10,955 bases of DNA from Octopus sinensis (lineage: Eukaryota). Positions 9,424-10,955 of the stretch are shown here, one piece after another (position 1 is the stretch's first letter; every line of letters starts with the position of its first letter). The DNA lies in the NCBI RefSeq assembly GCF_006345805.1, contig NW_021827198.1, forward strand, positions 1 to 10,955, given 5' to 3'. Position numbers and translations under genes: made by a program. The notes beneath the pieces are model-generated. The model saw only the letters and a program-made list of their open reading frames with translations. It did not search any database and was not told the origin of the DNA.

Positions 9424-9468
9424 CACACAGACCTGGGTTTCTGATAATTAACCCATCATCAGCATGTG
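9424..9468 (-). ncRNA. Candidate minimal type I hammerhead ribozyme, mirror copy with a weaker stem II
   Basis: Minus strand reads CACAUG CUGAUGA UGGGUUAAUUAUCA GAAA CCCAGGUC UGUGUG; core, stem I and stem III are identical to the plus copy. Confidence 0.5.
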
Positions 9469-9546
9469 ACAATCACTGGTTGTCAATGTGAAGTGCTGTC
9501 CCGATGCAAATACATATAGCACTTCACATTGACAACCAGTGATTGT

Positions 9547-9591
9547 CACATGCTGATGATGGGTCAATAGCCAGAAACCCAGGTCTGTGTG
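9547..9591 (+). ncRNA. Candidate minimal type I hammerhead ribozyme
   Basis: Stem I CACAUG(9547-52)/UGUGUG(9586-91); core CUGAUGA (9553-59); stem II UGG..CCA (9560-73); GAAA (9574-77); stem III ACC-CA-GGU; cleavage triplet GUC (9583-85). Confidence 0.6.
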
Positions 9592-9796
9592 TATAACGTC
9601 AGGTTGAAGATGGGAAGGATGACTTCCCTTTGCAAATACTGATGGGGCACAGATAGTGTGTCAATAGCCAGATGGAGGAGATGTCTTCCTGGGGCTACAA
9701 GCTACAGTAGCATCAACCCTTAGGGTTTAGCCACATTTAAGTGGCAAATATACTTCACAATATATATACATATAGAGAGAGAGATAGAGAGAGAGA

Positions 9797-10262
9797 GTTG
9801 CAGGTATGGCTGTGTTGTAAGAAGTTTGCTTCCCAACCACATGGTTCCGGGTTCAGTCCCACTGTGTGGCATCTTGGGCAAGTATCTTTTTACTAAAGCT
9901 CTGCCCCAATCAAAGCCATGTGCATGGAATTCATAGATTGAAACTGAAAGAAGCCCATCGTGTGTGTGTGTATGTGTTGTGAACACACACACACACACAC
10001 ATTGATGTATATAAATACATGTATGTATTTATATATGTGTTTGTGTGGTTGTGTTTGCCTTGCTGTGTCATATGATTGTTGTAAACAAGTTTCACTGTCA
10101 TACAAGCAGTGTCGTTTCCAATATTCTCGGTAAGCATGTCTAATCATGGGGGAATATTACAGGTGAATGTTGGTGACAGGAGGGGCATCCACCCTGAGAA
10201 AATCTGCCTCAAGAGAGTCCAAGGATGGAAAAGTGGACATTAAAACAATGATGATGATGGTG
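9797..10262 (+). mobile_element. tRNA-derived SINE with an internal microsatellite and an RTE-like 3' tail
   Basis: Pol III A-box-like TGGCTGTGTTG (9807-17), B-box-like GGTTCAGTCCC (9850-60), CTTGGGCAAG (9873-82, resembling the CORE-SINE central motif), internal (TG)/(CA) tract ~9961-10045, 3' end gttggtgacaggaggggcatcc...atggaaaagtggacattaaaacaa(TGA)n matching the RTE terminus. Confidence 0.85.
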
Positions 10263-10293
10263 ATGATGGTGACAGCGACGATGATGGTGACAA

Positions 10294-10348
10294 TGTGTGT
10301 GTGTGTGCATGTGTGTGTGTGTGTGTGTGTGTACGTGTGTGTGTGTGT
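10294..10348. repeat. (TG)n microsatellite
   Basis: Directly visible. Confidence 0.95.
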
Positions 10349-10350
10349 TA

Positions 10351-10420
10351 GTGTCCTTTTGTCTTGATGTCACAAGCAGTATCCTTCATTTTCAGTCTTG
10401 CATGAAAACATGTCAGGTCA
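10351..10420 (+). mobile_element. Second, internally deleted fragment of the SINE body
   Basis: Follows a (TG)n tract as the first copy does; acaagcagtatc...catgtc resembles acaagcagtgtc...catgtc at ~10104-10140. Confidence 0.5.
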
Positions 10421-10436
10421 AATGATAATGAGGATA

Positions 10437-10880
10437 AACACACACACACACACACATGCACACACACTCACGTACATACACACATATACATACACACACA
10501 TACGTACACACACACATACTCACATATGCACACACGCACATGCACACACGTACACACACACATGAACACACCCACTGCACACACATGCACCACACACACA
10601 CACACACACACACACGCATACTCACACACAGACACGTACACAGACAGACACATACAGCATATATGCAAAATAACCATACACACGTATACTTACACACATA
10701 CATAAACACACACACAAAACACAAGCACACACATTACACAACACATACATAAACAAAGAACAAAAAAACTGTGCACAACACACACACACTCACTCACTCT
10801 CTCTCCCTCTCTCTCTCTCATACACACACACACACAAACTCACTCTCTTATACACATACACACACATGCATGCACAGCAT

Positions 10881-10915
<35 letters not shown>

Positions 10916-10955
10916 CACACATATACACACACAAACTCTCTCCCTCTCACACACA
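10437..10955. repeat. Long imperfect (CA)n/(CACT)/(CT) microsatellite
   Basis: Directly visible to the window end. Confidence 0.97.

Larger units (their letters stand above)
9262..9757. mobile_element. Long inverted repeat (fold-back element): arms 9262-9497 and 9518-9757, 20-nt spacer; probably derived from a Penelope-like element terminal repeat or a MITE-like element
   Basis: Manual reverse-complement alignment gives ~11 substitutions and 3 indels over ~238 bp; the inner 47 bp are perfectly complementary; spacer gtcccgatgcaaatacatat. The inverted repeat is certain; the Penelope origin is inferred from the hammerhead-like motifs. Confidence 0.8.

Noticed and set aside
9604-9638. Second hammerhead-like segment (UUGAAGA, GGGAAG/CUUCCC hairpin)
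   Set aside because: Lacks CUGA, lacks GAAA directly after the stem, and has no cleavage triplet.
9797-9870. tRNA gene
   Set aside because: A and B boxes are present but there is no convincing cloverleaf; it continues into SINE body sequence.
9720-10752. ORFs of 66-105 aa over the SINE and CA/TG tracts
   Set aside because: Low-complexity or SINE-derived; no coding signal.

Overview
Repeat-dominated, AT-rich animal genomic DNA with no supportable host gene. The repeat families and the extreme microsatellite load look like an octopus or other coleoid cephalopod genome (inference from pattern recognition, no database check). Main contents: (1) an old, decayed RTE-clade LINE fragment on the minus strand (~554-1386); (2) ~4 kb of microsatellites, a degenerate GTTACA/GTCACA minisatellite and a ~1 kb (GGT)n tract; (3) a young, 5'-truncated RTE-clade LINE on the plus strand (~5450-9116) whose ORF2 has an APE endonuclease, an RT with a PHD-type C4HC3 finger inserted inside it, about 15 small frameshifts but no in-frame stops, a 3'UTR with ~158-bp tandem repeats and a (GAT)7 tail; (4) a ~496-bp fold-back palindrome (9262-9757) in which each arm carries a minimal type I hammerhead-ribozyme-like motif of the kind known from Penelope-like elements; (5) a tRNA-derived SINE (~9797-10262) whose 3' end matches the 3' end of the neighbouring RTE, suggesting a LINE/SINE partner pair. 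The best candidate for new biology is the head-to-head hammerhead pair in the palindrome, followed by the PHD finger inside the RT.
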